From Klebsormidium nitens (Eukaryota; Plantae; Klebsormidiophyceae), in contig DF237322.1 of NCBI GenBank assembly GCA_000708835.1, positions 1 to 64,000 on the forward strand: a stretch of DNA of 64,000 nucleotides. The letters are read 5' to 3'. Positions 60,786-64,000 of this stretch are shown here, piece after piece. The notes below the pieces were generated by a model. The model made no database searches. It was not told where the DNA came from and saw nothing but the letters and a program-made list of their open reading frames with translations. How positions within the stretch are numbered: the stretch's first letter is position 1; each line of letters starts with the position of its first letter. The translations under genes were made by a program, and so were the position numbers.

Positions 60786-63409
60786 ATGGGCGAGGATCTA
60801 ATTGAGGAGGACAGCTTCGTAGATTTAGAAGCCGGCCCGGCGGCGCACCACTTACGGTGGGGTCACCACTATCTAGAGCCTCTTTCCATGTCGTCCACAC
60901 CCAAAACAGAGCCTGTGCTGTGGCGCTCCTGGGAGAAGGGCCGCAGGAGCAGCACCGGCAGCCAGCGGGGCGACAGCAGCCCGGGGCCCAGGTGAGGCAG
61001 CCCCACAGCCGCAATGGGTGACAATTAGCTTTCCATGTCCTGACTTTACTGCTAGAAGCAATTTGTTGAGCTGCTCTTCTTGGGACATGTCTTCTCTTTG
61101 TGAAGGGTGTCATCAAAGGTGTCACCTTGACGCCGTGCCAGGACCCATGTTGGCAGCCAATCCATGCAGCTGCACTCTGCCATCATCGCAGTAGGCAGCA
61201 GCTATGGCACCGTCAGACAGGCCCTGCTGAACCAGCTGAGCTGCTAACCAGTGCCACGTTGCTCTCCCTCCCTCTCTTAGGCCGGACTGCACATTGAGCA
61301 GCTCCTTACCCCCCCTCCTCCTGTTCTGGTGTCCAGGCGCTCATTGGATGGCTCGCCGGAGGGCCCCCCCGGCCCAGGCTCCCTGGGTGCGTACTTGCGG
61401 CGCAGCCTGGCGGCCCTCTTTTTGGGCAGCTGGTTCAACGTGCTGCTGCCGTTCCTCCCCGCGGCCATGGTGGCGGCGCACCTGCAGCTGGGCCACGCCA
61501 CCGTGTTCACTCTGACGTGCCTCGCGCTGGCGCCCCTCTCGGAGCGGCTGGGCTACATCACGGAGCAGCTGGCGCTGGTGACCAACCCCACGCTGGGCGG
61601 CCTGCTGAACGCCACCTTCAGCAACGCGCCCGAGCTCATCCTCTCCCTCTTTGCGCTCAAGGCCGGCGTCTTCCGCGTCGTGCAGCTCACCCTCCTCGGC
61701 TCCATCCTGGGTCAGCGCCGCACCCTCACACTCCGAGATTCCTGTTCAAGTCCCCGGTTCGATTTACGGTTGGCCTCTGCATTTGAGAGCTGGCATGCGG
61801 ACAGCCTCTGAACAGGGACAGTGCCTTGCAGGGGCAACCGCTGTTTGCCACCCCTGTTGCTGAAGCTTTCTGGCCCTTGGGGTTGCGTGCAGGTAATATT
61901 TTGTTGGTGGTAGGGTGCGCCTTTCTGGCGGGGGGCGCGCGGCACCAGCTGCAGAGCTTCAACAAGATCGCCGCCACCACCAACGCAGGTCAGCCACCCG
62001 ACGCACCACCCGGGCCCCCCTGGCCACGCGGCTTGCAAGTGGGCCAGGAATAGCCTCTCCATTCACCAGCTCTTCAGTTGTCGCAGGGGGCTCAGTTCTA
62101 ATAGCTGGGGATTGCCTTCGCAGTTCGTCGTTGTCTTGCTTTCAAGCCTTCGCCTGGTCTACTGCGGTGTCTAGCGGTGGTCTCACCCTAGTATGAGGTA
62201 TCCTTTGTTGGGGGATTGGAGCATTCTAGCCATCCGTGCCAGCCATCAGACGGCCCAGGTTCTACCCTTATCTGACGCAATACCGTTTGTCCTGATCGTT
62301 TCGCGTTATGCAGTCGACTTTGCCAAAATGTACATCGGTCTCCCCACCCTTTGGCCCCTGCTTCGCATTCATTGCCGCGTTGCTGCGCGCCTCCCGTTGC
62401 AGGGCTGCTGCTGATGGCGGTGATGTCCATCTTGTTCCCGACCATCCTGGTGGCGCAGCACACCGAGATCCGCGCGGACGCCAGCCTGGCGCTGTCGCGC
62501 ACCACGGCCGTGCTCATGCTGCTGGCCTACACGGCCTACATCCTGTTCCAGCTCGTCACGCACCGAAGCCTCTTTGACGCCCCCACGCCGCCCCCCGCCA
62601 CGCTGGCGGGCCTGGAGACGGGGGCGAGCGGTGATGAGGACGGCGAGGAGGAGGAGGAGGTGGTGCTCGGCTTCTGGGGGGGCCTTGTGTGGCTGGCGCT
62701 CGTGACGGCCGCCATCAGCAGCCTCTCCGACTATCTCGTGGCCGCCGTGGAGGGCGCCGCCGTGCAATGGGGCGTGCCGCTCGCGTTCCTGAGCGTGATC
62801 GTCATCCCGATTGCCAACAACGTGACGGAGCACGCGGCGGCGGTCGTGTTTGCGGTGCGCAACAAGGTGGACATCAGCCTGGGCATCGCGCTCGGGTCGT
62901 CGACGCAGATCGCCATGTTCGTGCTGCCCCTCGTGGTCCTCGTCGGCTGGGGCCAGGGCGCGCCCCTCACGCTCGACTTCCGGGTCTTTGCCACCGCCGT
63001 GCTCTTCTCGGCCACGCTCGTCGTTGCCTACCTCCTCCAGGTGACCCCCGCATGCTGCACATCCTCAACTGACCGCCTGGTCGGCCGCGTCCGCCTTGCA
63101 TTGGCAGCCGCCTCCATTCTGCTTGCCCAGCTGTTCCTTGCCGTACTCGCCCTGGGAGTATCTGCAAGACCACTTTGGTTATCACCGCACCGAGTTTGCC
63201 ATCGCATGCCTCCTCTAAGCGTGTGTCTCTTGCTTGGTGCGCTTGGCTGCGCCATGACGTGGGCGGTGTGCGTGCAGGACGGCGAGAGCAACTGGCTCAA
63301 GGGGCTCATGCTGGTGACCATGTACGTCGTGGTCGCCGCCGGCTTCTTCCTGCACAAGGACGCGCGCCTCCCGCACCTCGCCACGCCCCAGCTGCATATC
63401 GACCTTTAA
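60786..63409 (+). CDS. CAX: Cation/H+ exchanger (CAX, type I)
   Basis: Exons ~60786-60991, ~61339-61709, ~61892-61988, ~62403-63040 and 63278-63409. Motifs: LALAPLSERLGYITEQLA, GGLLNATF, VVQLTLLGSILGNILLV, LFQLVTHRSLF, acidic linker EDGEEEEE, LGIALGSSTQIAMF, DGESNWLKGLML. Confidence 0.94.
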
Positions 63410-64000
63410 TCGCAACCAGGCAGCGTCATCCGGATGACATTGCGCAGATTACCCTCACGAGAGGGGACGAGCAGGTTGCATGAGTGTGTTGTTGCGTAAC
63501 GAACCTTTGACTTGCAGAAAAACAAGGTATCCATAGCGGGCAGCTTTGTTCTGGGAGCAGGTATTGCTAGAACGGGACTTCCGTGAGAGGTTGTGACCGT
63601 TTCGGACGGCTCACTAAGAAAGCTTTTGCAATCCCCGGATGGGATCGTCTTTGATTAGGTGGTGTCACCGTCAGCTTTCTCAGGTTAAGAGCTTATGCAT
63701 AGATGAGATAGGTGTACGTGGTTTGGTACAGGGATGGTATAGCAAGAACGTGCAATTTGCACCCACAAGATTACAACATATGCTTCATGACATGGGCTGA
63801 ATGTTGGCGCATATATCCGTCACTCAGTGCCCATGAGACGTTTCACTACCTGCATAGCGATATACTTGATCGGAGTACATATACAACAAAGTGCATGTCA
63901 AATGGCGCATGACGTACTAGGAAGTATACAACCTAACATGATGTATGTACACGTCCATTCGATCGACCTTTGGCATGCGCCAGGCCAGGTCCACGTGGCG

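Noticed and set aside
1-64000. CRISPR arrays, rRNA, tRNA and autonomous transposases/RT
   Set aside because: No regularly spaced direct repeats, RNA-gene signatures, or DDE/RT motifs were seen.

Overview
Eukaryotic, gene-dense nuclear DNA with GC-rich exons and mostly 200-600 bp GT-AG introns. The gene set suggests a streptophyte (charophyte-type, Klebsormidium-like) green alga, which is an inference: class III HD-ZIP without a miR165/166 site, nuclear MinD, Shaker K+ channel with ankyrin repeats, and a flagellar central-pair gene. I reconstructed 12 protein-coding loci by hand. In order: Shaker/AKT-type K+ channel (+), ITPase (-), an intronless 95-aa bacterial-type alpha/beta-barrel protein (+), a coiled-coil golgin-like protein (-), a MinD exon spliced to a TyrP-family permease (+), cystinosin (+), a small LEA-like protein with a mitochondrial-type presequence (-), an AAAP amino-acid transporter (+), a CFAP119-like flagellar protein (-), GOS1 SNARE (+), class III HD-ZIP (-), EFTUD2/Snu114 (-) and a CAX exchanger (+). 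MinD and the permease are listed as two features but counted as one locus. There are also several non-autonomous inverted-repeat elements. The standout observation is that the plastid-division ATPase MinD appears to be spliced in frame onto a multi-pass aromatic amino-acid permease. The permease has no usable start codon of its own, and this MinD lacks its normal membrane-targeting helix. All coordinates and family calls were made by eye and recalled similarity; no database search was run.
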